Origin: Octopus bimaculoides
Taxonomy: Eukaryota
Direction: 5' to 3'
Length of the DNA stretch: 64,000 nt
Assembly: GCF_001194135.2 (NCBI RefSeq)
Contig: NC_068990.1
Span: forward strand, 70,545,550-70,609,549
A program made the position numbers and the translations under genes. Of this stretch, positions 11,839-25,336 are shown piece by piece. The notes below the pieces were generated by a model. The model did no database searches. It worked only from the letters and a program-made list of their open reading frames with translations, and was not told the DNA's origin. Position 1 is the stretch's first letter. Every line of letters starts with the position of its first letter.

Positions 11839-12072
11839 AAGGCGGTGAGCTGGCAGAAACGTTAGCACGCTGGCTGAAATGCTTAGCGGTATTTCGTCTG
11901 CTACTACGTTCTGAGTTCAAATTCCGCCGAGGTCGACTTTACGTTTCATCCTTTCGGGGTCGATTAAATAAGTACCAGTTACGCACTGGGGTCGATATAA
12001 TAGACTTAATCCGTTTGTCTGTCCTTGTTTGTCCCCTCTGTGTGTAGCCCTTTGTGGGTAGTAAAGAAATAA
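11839..12072 (+). mobile_element. Young, CpG-rich SINE with a putative target-site duplication
   Basis: atgttagtg at 11830-11838 and 12076-12084; intact head ggcggtgagctggcagaa and tail gtaaagaaataa. Confidence 0.85.
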
Positions 12073-12861
12073 CACATGTTAGTGTCCTTTCCCAAATCTC
12101 TACATCAACTCTGCATATACTCATGAAAAACAAGAGCGAAACCTTTACTAATTATTCCAACCTTAACAATGTGTCTAATTCTGATGGTGTTCCTTCTACC
12201 ACACTGAAATGACTTGTCCCAAACCTGTCTCTGGGTTCACCCAATTCCCCCAATCTTTACACCTCATTAAAGATTTAGCCAAATCAATGGAAACGCGTGT
12301 CCCATTCTCAAGCAGAACAACATCTTTGATCCTGTAACTATCATTCTAATTTTCTAAATACTTGGGTCTCAGAGAAAATGAAAACAGTGATAAACATCAC
12401 CTGTGTTATCATCTTCACCCTCATTTCTTCACTCTTGTTTCCCTTCTTGCATAATACCAAGATTTGGTTCTCGCAAGAAATTATAACTTTTTTATATGAT
12501 TATTTATAAATTCTATATGTATGTGTGTGGTGTTTATGTGTGTGTATGCATTTATGTATATTTGTGCATGTGTATCTGTGAGTGCTTGTGTGTATATCTG
12601 CTTTAAGCATGTTTTTTTTTGTGTCTGTTTGTGTGTGCATTTACTTGTGAGTTTTGAATGTCTATGAGTATGTCTCTATGTGTATGTGAGTTAATGTATG
12701 TATTTCTTAGTTAAATATTTCAAAAATATCTTAGAGTAAGGAAATATGAATCATCACAGTTTGTTTATATATTATTTTATTTCCCCTGAAGCTGCTAGCA
12801 GCAATGTATACAGTGTATATAACAACTGTATATAGCTTCTAACAACAGTGTATGTATATAG

Positions 12862-12894
<33 letters not shown>

Positions 12895-12966
12895 CAGCAT
12901 AGCATATAGCTAGTTCAGTAATGAATGTAAACTAGAGATTGAATAAATCATTCCCTTGGCCTTTAC

Positions 12967-12980
12967 CAAAATGTAAGAGA
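12967..12980 (-). CDS. Candidate 14-nt microexon SLTF(C)
   Basis: ccttttctttagtaatcttctag|tctcttacattttg|gtaaag, phase 0 to 2. Confidence 0.42.
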
Positions 12981-13247
12981 CTAGAAGATTACTAAAGAAA
13001 AGGAAGTGTTAGTGGTGGTGGTCATAATAGTCAGTGGGGGGAGAGTGATGGTGATGGTAGTGATAGTGGTGACAAAGACTNNNNNNNNNNNNNNNNNNNN
13101 NNNNNNNNNNNNNNNNNNNNNNNNNNNNNNNNNNNNNNNNNNNNNNNNNNNNNNNNNNNNNNNNNNNTAGTGTAGTTGTAGTGATAATGATAAAGTTGGT
13201 GAACATTATGATAACAGTAATTCAGCTCTATTCCATTTTAATTCTTC

Positions 13248-14040
13248 CTATGCATTTTCTACAGATTGAGCAGATCCATTTATCTAAGGGAATTATGATT
13301 TGTCTGCTCTCCTCCTTACTAAGACTTCGGTTTTTGCTAGATTAAACCTAAGCCCTTTAATTCTAGACCTTGCTTCCACACCTAAAATTATTCTCTAGTT
13401 CTGGTAGTGATTCAGCTCTAAGAACAAGTTCATCAGCATAGAGGAGCTCCCAGGAGCAGCCTATCTTAAATTCTTGTTATTTCTTGGAGGATTGTGATGA
13501 ACAAGAAGGGGCTGAGGACTGATCTTTGGTGAATCCCTACATGTACTCTGAATTCCTTGCTATACTTGGTGCTAACCTTCCCCTTACTGACAGCATCTCT
13601 GTACATGGCTTGTACAGCTCTCACCAACCACTCATCTATCCCTAGCTTCTGCATTGAGCACCAGATAAGGAAGCAAGGGACTCTGTCAAAGGCTTTTTCC
13701 ATGTCAACAAAAGCTAGGTACAGTGGTTTATTTTTAGCTAGATATTTCTCCTGCAGTTGCCTAACCAAGAATATAGCATCGGTCATGCACCTGCCTGGCA
13801 CAAATCTGAACTGCATCTCATCTACACTAACTCTTTCCCTAATTAATTGACTAACTTTGTGACCTTCATTCCTTGGTCCAGCAGTTTGATGCCTCTGTAA
13901 TTATTCCTGTAATTATTCCTGTCTTAGGCATCGCCTAAGCAGTTAACTACCATGCTGCTACACCAATCGTTGGATATGACTTCCTCAAGGACAATCTGAT
14001 TGACTATACGGGTGATTAGGCTATATCCTTCTCTACCAGA
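13248..14040 (-). mobile_element. RTE LINE RT fragment
   Basis: MQFRFVPGRCMTDAIFLVRQLQEKYLAKNKPLYLAFVDMEKAFDRVP (ORF 13466-13816). Confidence 0.92.
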
Positions 14041-15177
14041 TGTAATATAAGGAAGATTTGGCTGCTATTTCTAGCAGGTCAAGGGATTACTTAGGAACTC
14101 ATTTGTGGGCTTATTTTGTGTGTGAGAGTGTTTCATAATTAGATCTTCAGGCTCATAATTAAGGTTTTGTTTAGTTTGCATCATCGTCATGACAAGGATT
14201 CACAAACATATATGCCCTCTCAAACACACACACATATATACATACATAATACCTACATAGTATACACGTGCACACTCACACATACATAATACATATACAG
14301 CATGTGTGTGTGTGTGAGACAGGCTTCTTTCTGTTTCCTGCTATCAAATCCTCTCACAAGGTTTTGGTTGTCTGTGGCTATTGTAGAAAACACTTGGCCA
14401 AGATGCTATTTTTAGCCAGTTGAGTGATGACATAGACACTCTCCCATTCACTTTATCTGTAATTAAGTACCATATGTCTACTGGAGATAAGTAACTTGAT
14501 TAAGCCCGTCTCATGGACACTGGGGTCACTGTCCACACTATGACTTGCATTTTTTTACTGTTTACTTCTGAGAATGGGCCTTTCCATCAGAAATATTAAA
14601 AGGTTTTAAACTTTCCCTTTCTGCTTTGTAAGAAGCTCTCTGTTTTCACTATTTTGCTATTTTACTTCTTTATCGCAATGTTTCAGTCATGCTACACTGC
14701 TCTTCTGTCACATTGTACCAGTGTGAGTTAATTCTGGACAAATTCTACAGTGCTATAATCTGGTGGATACAGATGAAATAATGTATGCTTTTTCCAAGTT
14801 ACAAGAATGTAATATACCTGTGTTAACATTCCTGTCTAGTAAATAGGTGTATGTTCTGATATCAATCAAGTATTACATATTCAAAGCTAAAGTCTGTGGA
14901 GTTGATCACCTACTTCATAAAACTCAAAACTAACGTCTTAAAGGAGTAGTTCCAGAGAAGTAGTTCTTCACTGGACAGGAAGTTGAGATACAGGATAAAC
15001 CTTATATTATAAGAGAGAAGCTGATCTCCATCTTTCTGTCCAGCACATGATATATGTGAAGGGGAGGAAGAAGGGGAGGAGAAAAAGTTGTTGAGAGAGG
15101 AATACAGTGAGATAGAGAGTGTGTTTGAAAGATAGATAGATAGGTAGGTAGATAGATAGATAGATAGATAGATAGGT

Positions 15178-15197
15178 AGTGTTGTCACCATAGTAAC
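15178..15197. promoter_or_regulatory. RFX X-box-like motif, copy 1
   Basis: agtgttGTCACCATAGTAAC fits GTNRCC-N0-3-RGYAAC. Confidence 0.35.
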
Positions 15198-15560
15198 GAA
15201 CAATTTCTGAATAAAAACGTGTGAACTTAAACTGTAAGTCTATCAGCACAATGCAACATAGACGTCAAAATAAAATAAAAAATATAGATAGTTATTGCTT
15301 TGGTTGTTTATGTGTGTGGATTTCTGTGTGTGCTTCCATGTGTCTTTCAACATAAAGACAATGCAACACAGACTTTAAAACAATAATGACAGGTTGTTGT
15401 TGTTGTGGCCAAGGAGGGGAGAGAGAAATTCATTTAGAGAATGTGTGATGTAGATTTAAGATTTGATTCAAGAAAAAAAACTTGCTGTTCAGAAAGGATT
15501 ACAGAGAGAAAGAGTGAGAAGGGGGGAGTGAGTGTGTGTGTGTGTAAAATAAATATGTAG

Positions 15561-15580
15561 AGTGTTGTCACCATAGTAAC
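15561..15580. promoter_or_regulatory. RFX X-box-like motif, copy 2
   Basis: Identical 20-mer to 15178-15197 in otherwise unrelated flanks. Confidence 0.35.
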
Positions 15581-15718
15581 CAAGGAGACTTTCACTATAT
15601 AACAGTGTAGGTGCATAATTAACAAATATTTTTACTGAGAGCATAGATATGGGTAAAGACATAGTTCTAGATAAACTATAAGAAATTTACATTCAAAATG
15701 AAATAAATAACCCCTTGT

Positions 15719-15920
15719 TTGACCCTTTTATTACCATATTTTTGTTGAAATAAACTGCATTTGTTTCATTCAATTTTGAAAATGATAAGGACTTTAATAA
15801 AGTAATCTGGTGTTTGGTGTATAATTAACATGAACATTTTAATTTAGATTTCTTTAAAGCAAGAAGTTTGTATTATAAAACCAGAGATGGTCTCAGGTGG
15901 ATTGGTATTAAAAGGGCTAA
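15719..15920. mobile_element. MITE with CCCTTTT..TACC / GGTA..AAAAGGG ends (piggyBac-like)
   Basis: Inverted termini gacccttttattacc and ggtattaaaagggctaa; related copies near 8385-8610 and 58880-59060. Confidence 0.55.
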
Positions 15921-16325
15921 GTAAAATAAATCTTTGTTAGTTAAACTCTCCTTGGTGATATACATATACACACATATATTTATATATACAGGCATAATAT
16001 ATACAGTGTACCATAGTCAGTAACCAGCTGTGAGCAAGTATGGCTTAGTAATATGTACCATGCTTCCACTAAGTGTTTTAGGTGCCTGTGTAATCATGAG
16101 TACACTTAAACACTCCCAGTTCTGTTTCCAGTGTCAGACAAGTACTGGGGGCAGTTTCTCTGTCTGTCTGTTCTCCCCCTCCCCACCTCTCTCTCTCTCT
16201 TTCTCTCTCTCTTACTCACACATACACACACATACACACACACTTATATGTGCACATACCATTGCCTTCCTTACAATTTTCATCTACCATTTCCACTCAA
16301 GTATTGATCATCCAGGGGTTATATA

Positions 16326-17205
16326 CGACGTGGTATCAAAAATACTCCCAGACTAGTTATGTTTAATAAAAAATAAGTTATTTACCTTAAGTTTTAACAT
16401 CATCTCCTTTGGAATAGTCACCTTGCACAGCAATACACTGGTCCCAGTGTTCCTGCCATTTTTGGAATCTGGCTTGGAAGTCACTTCCATAAGCAAGTCA
16501 AAGACCTTCTGTGATTCACTTTTGATCTCGACAACAGTGTTAAAACAGCAACCTTAGAGCTGCATTTCCATCTTGGTGAAGAGATGGAAGTCTACAGGTG
16601 CTAAATTTGGTGAATGGGGTGGGCGCAGAAGCAGTACCATTTTATTTTTGGTGAGAAACTCATGAGTGAGGAGAGCTCATTGACAGGATGCATTGTCATT
16701 GTGAAGAATCCAATTCTTCATGCTTCACAGATCCGTTGCTTTTGCCAAAATTGCAGTAGAATTATTGATTGATGGTATGGCTCTGGGGGACAAATACTTG
16801 ATGCACAATACCACAGATGTCGAAAAAAGCAATGAACATGCTCTTGATTGAGCTGTGGCTCTATTATGCACCTCTGCCATTCGAAGCATTGCATAAGACC
16901 CATTGCCTCATCATCGTAAGCTTGCCAAAGCATGCTCAATGTCTCTGTAGCAGACTTCCCAAGTTTAATGCAAAATTTCATGTTGGCTCTTTGTTCCAAC
17001 TTCCTGTCCACAACAAAAATCGCAGACTACAGCATACATGTGATACAAAAACATAAGTTTCACAACTTGCAAAGTAAACACAGTGATGCCACTTGGCACA
17101 CTGCCTCATGAAGGTCACTGCTAGCTCTCACTGTGCACGCAACTGTGTGCTACCATCAGTTGGAACACTACAGACCTAGTCCAGCAACTTTTTGATATCA
17201 CTTGG
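16326..17205 (-). mobile_element. Internally deleted mariner transposon
   Basis: TA-flanked inverted ends cgacgtggtatcaaaaa / tttttgatatcacttgg; MDRKLEQRANMKFCIKLGKSATETL transposase N-terminus. Confidence 0.88.
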
Positions 17206-18855
17206 TATGCCATGATGTTGTGCTGAGGAATGGAACCTGAAACAGCATGATTGCAAAATAGTCAAACCTATTATATCTATGGAAATACCACTAGTTTTTT
17301 AAGACACCATTACTAGTTTATTTCTCATTTCCTAGTTATATTTTATATTCCTGTTGACAGCAAATGTAAGCCACACTTGAAATAAATTACTTTCTAACTG
17401 TCTGGTGTTGGCAACTGTTCTTAAAGATACACATGATCTTTTTGACACAATTTCAAAGGTTTATAGTGCAAGAATTCGTCATTTGTTTCTTTGAGATGAG
17501 TATTCTTACTTTCAACTTCTTTCTTGTACACTTAATGAAAACCTGCTTCTGTGAGCTTTCTTTCTTCTTTCCTATTGTATTGGACTTTTAGACTATTTAG
17601 TTGGTTTTTGTCTTTAAGGAACTTTAATTTTCCTGTCTCTCCTAACCACACACATCAGAAATTAAGTGAAGTTTACAAAGTATTGATTTAAAGGATTATA
17701 GCAAACCACAATAGAATAAATGTCCCATTAATGTGGCAATAGGAGTTGGGTTGCTTAAACAATGGTACCACACCACAGCTTGATGGTTTAAACCAAACAC
17801 TACTGTAAAACTCACATGCACCCATGCGTACACGCACACACACACGACATCAAAATATGTCATCATTGTAGCAATTGATTGAAAGTAAAATACAAACATT
17901 CTTTAGTTTATTCTTTCAATATTATTTCTAGATCCGTTTGTATGTTATATTAGGTCTAGTCTGTATGTTTTGATATTTGTTTATGAAGTAATGGAGAAAG
18001 TTTCCTTCTCCTTATTTGAATATTCTTCTTCTTTTTCTTCTTTTTAATGTCCATTGTCCATGCTGGCATGGGTTGGACGGTTTGACCAGGGCTAGCAAGC
18101 TGGAACACAGTGTTCAACTAGTACTTATTTTATTTACCCTGGAAGGATGAAAGGCAAACTTGACCTCTTTGGCATTCAAACTCAGAAGTTAAAATTGGAA
18201 GAAATGCCACTAAGCATTTTTCTCGGCATAGTAATGACTCCACTAGCTCGCTACCTTCACTGTTATTCTACCATATTGCCAACTGACTTCTCTTTCACTC
18301 CACACCACCACCACCAACACCACCTATTACCAATTGTAACAAAATAACCAGTTCCTGCTATGAAGTTTGAAGCTAAAATTCTAGCATGTTCTTTGTTTGG
18401 ATAAACTCTCTCTGTTACAATTGTTTTTAATTTAGGCACAAGGCTAGAAATTTGGGGGAAAATGAAAAGTTGATCATATTTGCCCCAACTTACTAGTACT
18501 GTATTCTCCCATCTCTGTAGGGATGAAAGGCAAAATTGATTTCAGCAGGATTTGAACTTGAAACAACAAAGTGCTGGAACAAATACTGCAATGTATTTTG
18601 TCCTTTGCTCCAGTGATCCTACCTATACTCCCTCCCCACACAACTCTAAAAGCTAATCTGCAGCCTTTAATAATGTAACAATGGTTAGGATTAGGTTTTC
18701 TGATTGAAGTAAATGTCAATTTTCTGGTGGTGATGGTGGGTGATGGTGAGGTTTCTATTACATGACTGACACTGGACATTGGTGGAATAGACAGATGACC
18801 TTAACCTCCTTTCAATTGAGAACTGCAAAGCATCAGACAAGATATTGTAAAACAC

Positions 18856-18903
18856 CTGGTCAGGCTTTCTATTCTTTGTACTATCACCACTGTCTATGTA
18901 CAG
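18856..18903 (-). CDS. Candidate 48-nt exon LYIDSGDSTKNRKPDQ
   Basis: Strong acceptor gtgttttcctttag|, weaker donor cag|gtgttt, phase 0 to 0. Confidence 0.45.
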
Positions 18904-19884
18904 CTAAAGGAAAACACATGCACACAGGCATGCGTGCGTGCACGCACGCACACACACACACACACACACACATATGTATACATAAGGAGTTGTTATAAGT
19001 GAGATAAAGAAATAGGTGATTGTGGCTTTTGCATCCTTCTCAAAAATGTCGGTGTTACTGTTAAAATCCTTGTGACCTAATTGAATATTGTATTCCAGCT
19101 ACAACCATTCTGTCATCTTTTAAATCTTAGTGTAGCTTCGACTATTTTATCCAGTATGTTTCCCCTTCTTTTAAGACTCTAGGATATGATTTGATAACAA
19201 TTTGCCTGCTATTTTTAACACGTCAAGCAACTACTGAGAAGCCTATTTCACTGGTTTCTCATGTAAATGTTTGCTCTAAACCTGATTTGAAGCTAAGTAG
19301 GAGTTAAGTTGGGTTTGTCAAGAACATACAGCTGTAACACAGTATTTTATATTTGTCTTTGTTATCTTTATCTTCCTGTCTTTTTAATCTCCCCTTCTCT
19401 CTCACCCTTTCCCCTCTATATATTATTTGCTCTCTCCCCTCTTTCTCTCTCCCTATCGACCCCTCTCTTTCTCTTCCAAAAGACAACAAAAACAGAACAT
19501 CTACTTCAAATATGACGCTAAGTGCTTAATGTTAGACTATCAAATTGCCCAAAAACAATTGAAGCAAATATCTGAGTTTATTGAAATATAATACATTTTC
19601 CAGAATAAATTTGACAAAAAAAAAAAAAAGAAAAAAGAAAAGGAAAAATGTTTAAAAATAAAAACAAAGAGCAATAAGACCAAAACATTTATTGTTCTGC
19701 AACAATCAGAGATTTATATTAACTTGTCTTTTTGTAGAAGGGTTGAACATGATTGAACTTAAAACTTAGTTCTGAATCAGCCAATAGTGGAGCCTATGCA
19801 GTTGCTTGCCTTGCTAGAAATAGAAGCCAAAGCATCTATCAATCACATTTTATTGTAAAGTAAGACATTTTTCTTTGTCTTTTA

Positions 19885-22800
19885 TTCAAGCGGAGGACGC
19901 TTGAAAGGAGACATGTCAATGTATGCTGCATACAAGAGGTAAGATGGAGAGGAGCTTCAGCTAGGATCCTCACAGGCAAGGTACCTAGGTATAAAATCTT
20001 CTGGTAAGGTAACATGGATGGAGTAGGGGGTGTAGGCATCATCCTTGCGGAGAAATGGGTAGATAAAATCATAGAGGTTGTCAGGGTATGCGATAGAGTG
20101 CTTAAGCTCAGGCTAGTCCTGCAGAACAGCACAGCTACAATTATCTCTGCCTGCGCCCGACAAGCGGGCCTACCAAATGATCAGACAGACCATTTTTATG
20201 ATACCCTTCTACAGGCTACCTCAAAGATGAGTGGCAATGACCTCATCTTTGCGACTGGAGATTTTAATGGGCATGTTGGGCGGCAATCCAGTATCTTTAC
20301 TGGTGTACATGGGGACCATGGTATTGGTTCTTGAAACAATGAGAGAACTAGGCTACTGGAGTTCTGTGATGCATGTAACCTTTCAATCTGCTACACTAAC
20401 TTCAGGAAGCCAGACAGCCACCTGATAACCTATCAATCAGGTGACTCTGCTAGCCAGATTGATTTCATCTTCACCAGACAGTGAAACGCAGGGCTGCTCT
20501 TAAATACAAAGACCCTCCCAGGTGAAGAATGTACCCCCTAGCATAGACTACTCGTTAGTGACTTTAGGCTCAAGGCCAGAAGGATGCCAAGAAGCAGACC
20601 AATACAGAAAAGAAAGATTTGGAAGCTAAAGCACCCTTCACATGGTCAGAGATTTAGGGACATCCTCATCAAGAAATTTGATGAAAGGGAGGAGGAGCTA
20701 CAGACCTCGGACATGGAAGGTAGCTGGAAATTCCTACAAGACAGCTTATTGAGTGCCACAGACTGAGTCTGCGGATGGTGCAAAGTTCCCTCCAGACCTA
20801 GAGTAATGTGGTGGTGGAATAATACGGTAGACAAGGCCATTAGAGCAAAGAAACAGGCCTGGAAAGCCTGGAAGGGTAGGGGTAGCAGGGAACTGTACCA
20901 GATAGCCAGAAAGGAGGCTGAGCAACAGGTATACATAGCCAAGGGCGAAGCAGAAAAGAAGTTTGCCAATGTCCAGCGACATGAGAACCAAATAACTGAA
21001 GTATTTCAGATTTGAAGACAGTGTGTGAGAGAAAATTGTGATGTCACAGGAGAGAAATGTGTCTGCATGGATGATGGTGCACTTGCTTTTAATGATTTGG
21101 AAAAGAAAGAGGCCTGGAGAAGTCATTATGAAAGACCACTGAATGTGGAGAATGATTGGGAGGAAGACAGCCTGCCAAATGTTGACCCAGTAGAGGGACC
21201 AGCTATCCGAATAGACAGCACCCTGATAGATAAAGCAATTAAGGGTATGAAGTTAGGAGAATCCCCCAGCCCATCAGGCATCATTGATGAGATGCTTCAA
21301 ACTTCTGGTGATGTGGGTTATGGCCTAGTCACCTGCATTGTAAACCAGGTAGTTCGTGATGGAGTCATACCCAATGACTGGCATAGCAACACTATAGTCA
21401 ACTGCTACAGGGGTAAAGGTGATGCTTTAGATAGAAATAACTACAGGGTTATCAAACTGCTAGATCAGGTGATGAAGGTCATGGAGAGGGTCATAGCCCA
21501 ACTAATTAGGAAGAGAGTCTGCTTAGATGAGATGCAGTTCAGTTTTGTGCCAGGTAGAAGCACCACTGATGCTATATTCCTGGTACGGCAACTGCAGAAG
21601 AAATACCTAGCCAAAGATAAACCCATATACTTGGCTGTTGTTCACTTGGAGAAAGCCTTTGACATGGTCCCCCAATCCCTTATCTGGTGGGCAATGTGGA
21701 AACTGGGGACTGACAAATGGTTAATAAGGACTGTACAGGCCCTATAGAGATGCCGTTAGTAAGGTTAGGGTTGGCAATGAGTATAGTGAAGAATTCCAGT
21801 TAGAAGTAGGGTTACACCAAAGATCAGCCCTCAGTCCCCTTCTATTCATCATAGCCCTCCAGGCAATAACAGAGGAATTGAAGACAGGTTGCTCCTGGGA
21901 GCTCCTCTATGCTGATGACCTTGCTCTCATAGCAGAATCACTACCAGAACTAGAGAAGAAATTTCAGGTGTGGAAGCAAGGTTTAGAATCGAAATGCCTT
22001 AGAGTCAATGTTGCAAAGACCAAAGTTGTAGTAAGTAGGAAGGCAAACTCATCACACACCCCTTCAGGTAGGTGGCCCTGCTCAATCTGTAGAAAAGGTG
22101 TAGGTAGAAACTCCATAAGATGTACTCAGTGTAATCTATGGACATATAAGAGGTGCAGCAAAGGAAGATTAACCGGGAAGATAGCTTTCATGTGCGGCAG
22201 ATGCACAGGGGAAATAAACACCACAGATGCTCAGGAAACAGATTCCATCACTTGCCAGGGGGAGAAACTAGAAGTAGTTTATAGCTTCCCTAGGTGACCA
22301 AGTCTGTCGTGTGAGTGGATACTCAGAGAGTGTTACCACTAGAATGAGAATAGCCTGGGCAAAGTTCAGAAAGCTTCTACCCCTACTGGGGACAAAGGGC
22401 CTCTTGCTCAAAGTGAAAAGTAGATTCTACAATGCATATGTGTGAACTGCCATGCTTCACAGCAGTGAAACATGGGCCGTGACTGCTGAAAACATGTGTA
22501 GGCTTCAAAGAAATGAAGCTAGCATGATCCGCTGGATGTGTAATGTCAGTGTGCACACACGACAGAGTGTAAGCACCCTGAGAGAAATGTTGGACATAAG
22601 AAGTATCAGATGCGGCGTGCAAGAGAGACATTTGCATTAGTACAGTCATATACTACAGATGGGTGAGGAGAGCTGTGTGAAGAAGTGCCTCTCCCAAACA
22701 GTTGCAGGAATCCAGAGTGGAGGGTGACCCAGGAAGACATAGAATGAGGTGGTGAAGCATGACCTTTGAACATTGGGCCTCACAGAGGCAATGATGAAAG

Positions 22801-23310
22801 ATTGAGACATCTGGAGATATGTTGTGACTGAGAACATCTGGCAAATAAAGTGAGTCCATAGCTATAACCTACACCAGTGTCATATAACCAGCCCACTCAA
22901 AAGTACCCTGGACCGTAGGGCAACATTCCATGCTTGAGGAGACCTTTTGAGTCAAGTACATCAAAATGAAAATCAAATGGAAATCATAGTTGCGATCCCT
23001 GTGCCAGTGGCACTTAAAAAGCACCATCTGAACGTGGCCGATGCCAGTGTCGCTTTGATTGACTTCCGTGCCGGTGGCCCATAAAAAGCACCAACCGACT
23101 GGGGTCATTGCCAGCTTCCACTGGCCCCTGTGCCAGTGGCACGTAAAAAGCAACCATTACACTCTCAGAGTGGTTGACGTTAGGAAGGGCATCCAGCTGT
23201 AGAAACACTGCCAGACCAGACTGGAGCCTGGGGCAGCCTCCCAGACCCCAGTTGAACCATCCAACCCAAGCCAGCATGGAAAACAGACGTTAAACAATGA
23301 TGATGATGAC
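19885..23310 (+). mobile_element. Near full-length RTE LINE (endonuclease, RT, 3' UTR, (GAT)n tail), inactivated
   Basis: VCCIQEVRWRG, GDFNGHVG, RT ORF 21025-21747, LLYADDL, C-terminal region and tail; several stops and frameshifts. Confidence 0.96.
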
Positions 23311-23313
23311 ATA

Positions 23314-24880
23314 CAGTATCTCATAGAAGTACATCCCTAAAACATTTCAGTAAAATTGCTTTTACTCTGATAATATCGAAAGAAACCAAAGAAAATTTAT
23401 ACTGAATAAAATATATTATACATGCAAACATTATATAAACTTGGAACACAAAGCAATAACCATTTTCAAAGATATGAACGAAATATTAATTTTCAAATAT
23501 TACAGAAATATGTATACCCTAAAGGAAATTTGCTATATTCAATATTTTATCTCCTTATTTTTAGTATATTCAGATATTGCTGATAATTTCAATTCTAATA
23601 AATTATTTCTCCTGGCATTTTTGTACTGGTCATTGTTATTGCATCTGCAGGAATTCTGATTTGTGTACCGTGGTGAAAATCTTCTTCATAATGATTAAAA
23701 TGACACCAAAAGGAAAAGAATTGTCTGCAGATTTGAAGAAAATTATTTTTAATTTGCACAGGAATGGTTTAGGATACAAGTTAATTTGCAAACGAATACA
23801 TATTAGTCTAAATACTGTTGCCGAAGTATTTCAGAAGTACAAAGCTACTGGCCGGCTAAGCAATAAACATCATCCAGGTTGTCCTTCTATTTTAACTGCA
23901 CATAATATTCACTCCATCCAACATAGCATGATGGACAACAGGCATCGTACCACTTCATCTTTGGCCCAAGATGTGTCTTCTGTTAGTGGAAAGAGTATAT
24001 CTGCCCAAACAGTTCACCAAAGTTTAAACCAGTGTGGTCTTCATGGCCACATTTCTCGTAAGAAGCCTCTCTTTACTACCAGGTATAAATCATGTTGTCT
24101 TTCTTTTGCTGAAACCTATGTGAGTAAAGGGAAGGAGTTTTGGAATACAAATTTTTTTTCTGATGAGACTAAAATCAACTTGTTTGGGTCAGATGGTATT
24201 AAATGAGTATGGCGATGACCAGGTGAAGATAATAGCAACACATGCACTGTACCTGCCATGAAACATGGCAGTGGAAGTGCTTTGGGGATGCACAAGTGCA
24301 GTTGGTGTGGGAGGACTCACGTATATTGAGAGAACAATGGATTCAAGGCTTTATTGTAGCATATTGCAGAAAACAGCATTGAAAAGTATCAAGGAACTAG
24401 GAAGACATTCCATGTTCTAACATGATAATGACCCTAAACACATTTCAAAGATGACAACTAAGTTTTTATCAGATCAAAAGGTAAAGGTGTTGCCTTGGCC
24501 TACCATGTCACCTGATTTAAACCCAATAGAATATCTGTGGGATGTTTTGAAAAAGAAAGTTGAAAAGAAAGACCCCATAATGTAACACAGTTGAAAGACA
24601 TCATTCAGGATGAATGGAGGTCGATTTCATTGGTTATATGTGGAAATTTAGTTGACTCTATGCCCAGAAGACTTAATGTAGTCATTGAAAGCAAGAGCAG
24701 TCACACCAAATATTGAATATAGCAAATAATCATTTAGGGTGTACATATTTTTGTAGAGTTTGAAAATTAATATTTCGTTCATATCTTTAAAAATGTTTAT
24801 TGTTTTGTGTTCCAAGTCAGTATAAATTTCATTTGATTACCTTCGATATCATCAGAGTAATGGCAATTTTACTGACATTT
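23314..24880 (+). mobile_element. Tc1-family transposon with long inverted repeats; transposase pseudogene 23700-24716
   Basis: TA|CAGT start; MTPKGKELS...RKKPL...FSDETKINLFGSDG...HDNDPKH...SPDLNPIE; ~230-bp left TIR mirrored at 24708-24875 with a deletion and a missing tip. Confidence 0.93.
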
Positions 24881-25336
24881 AAGTGTGGTGATAAATATTC
24901 TATGTTAAATTTACTTAACTGTCATTTATTCATTTAACTGTTAATCATTCTTTGTGGTTCTGAAAATAGTTTGTTTTTTATCTTATCAGTATAAATCGAT
25001 TTTCCATTTCTGCATAGCTTGCAACTTCCGGTGTACATACTGTAAATGGTTTGTTATGGAATTGATAAAGACTTCGACTTCCTACCCCAAGCGGACGTGT
25101 AACTGCCAATAAGATCATTCAAAAGTGGTTGTCCCATTTCCATCCTTGGATATTTGGGGTACTTCAACAAAACAATACTACAAACAGTAGAACAATTCAA
25201 CTGGGTTCTACAATACAATTTTTTCTATAAGCTTTAAAGCAGAGTAATTCATTTTCTACTTCTAAATATGATTACATTAAGGTTTACTGTTTTCTCTGTA
25301 CAATGTTTACGATGTTTGATTGTTTGTCACAAGAAC

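Noticed and set aside
12120-12480. Coding-like stretch on the - strand (IKDVVLLENGTRVSIDLAKSLMR)
   Set aside because: Stops in all frames and no splice-consistent boundaries; probably a decayed retroelement that I cannot classify.
14130-14150. CTGAAGA-tctaattat-GAAAC on the - strand
   Set aside because: No stem II pairing and no downstream cleavage triplet.
14540-15060. Fragments resembling a LINE endonuclease (YILV-like motif)
   Set aside because: Too degenerate to assign.
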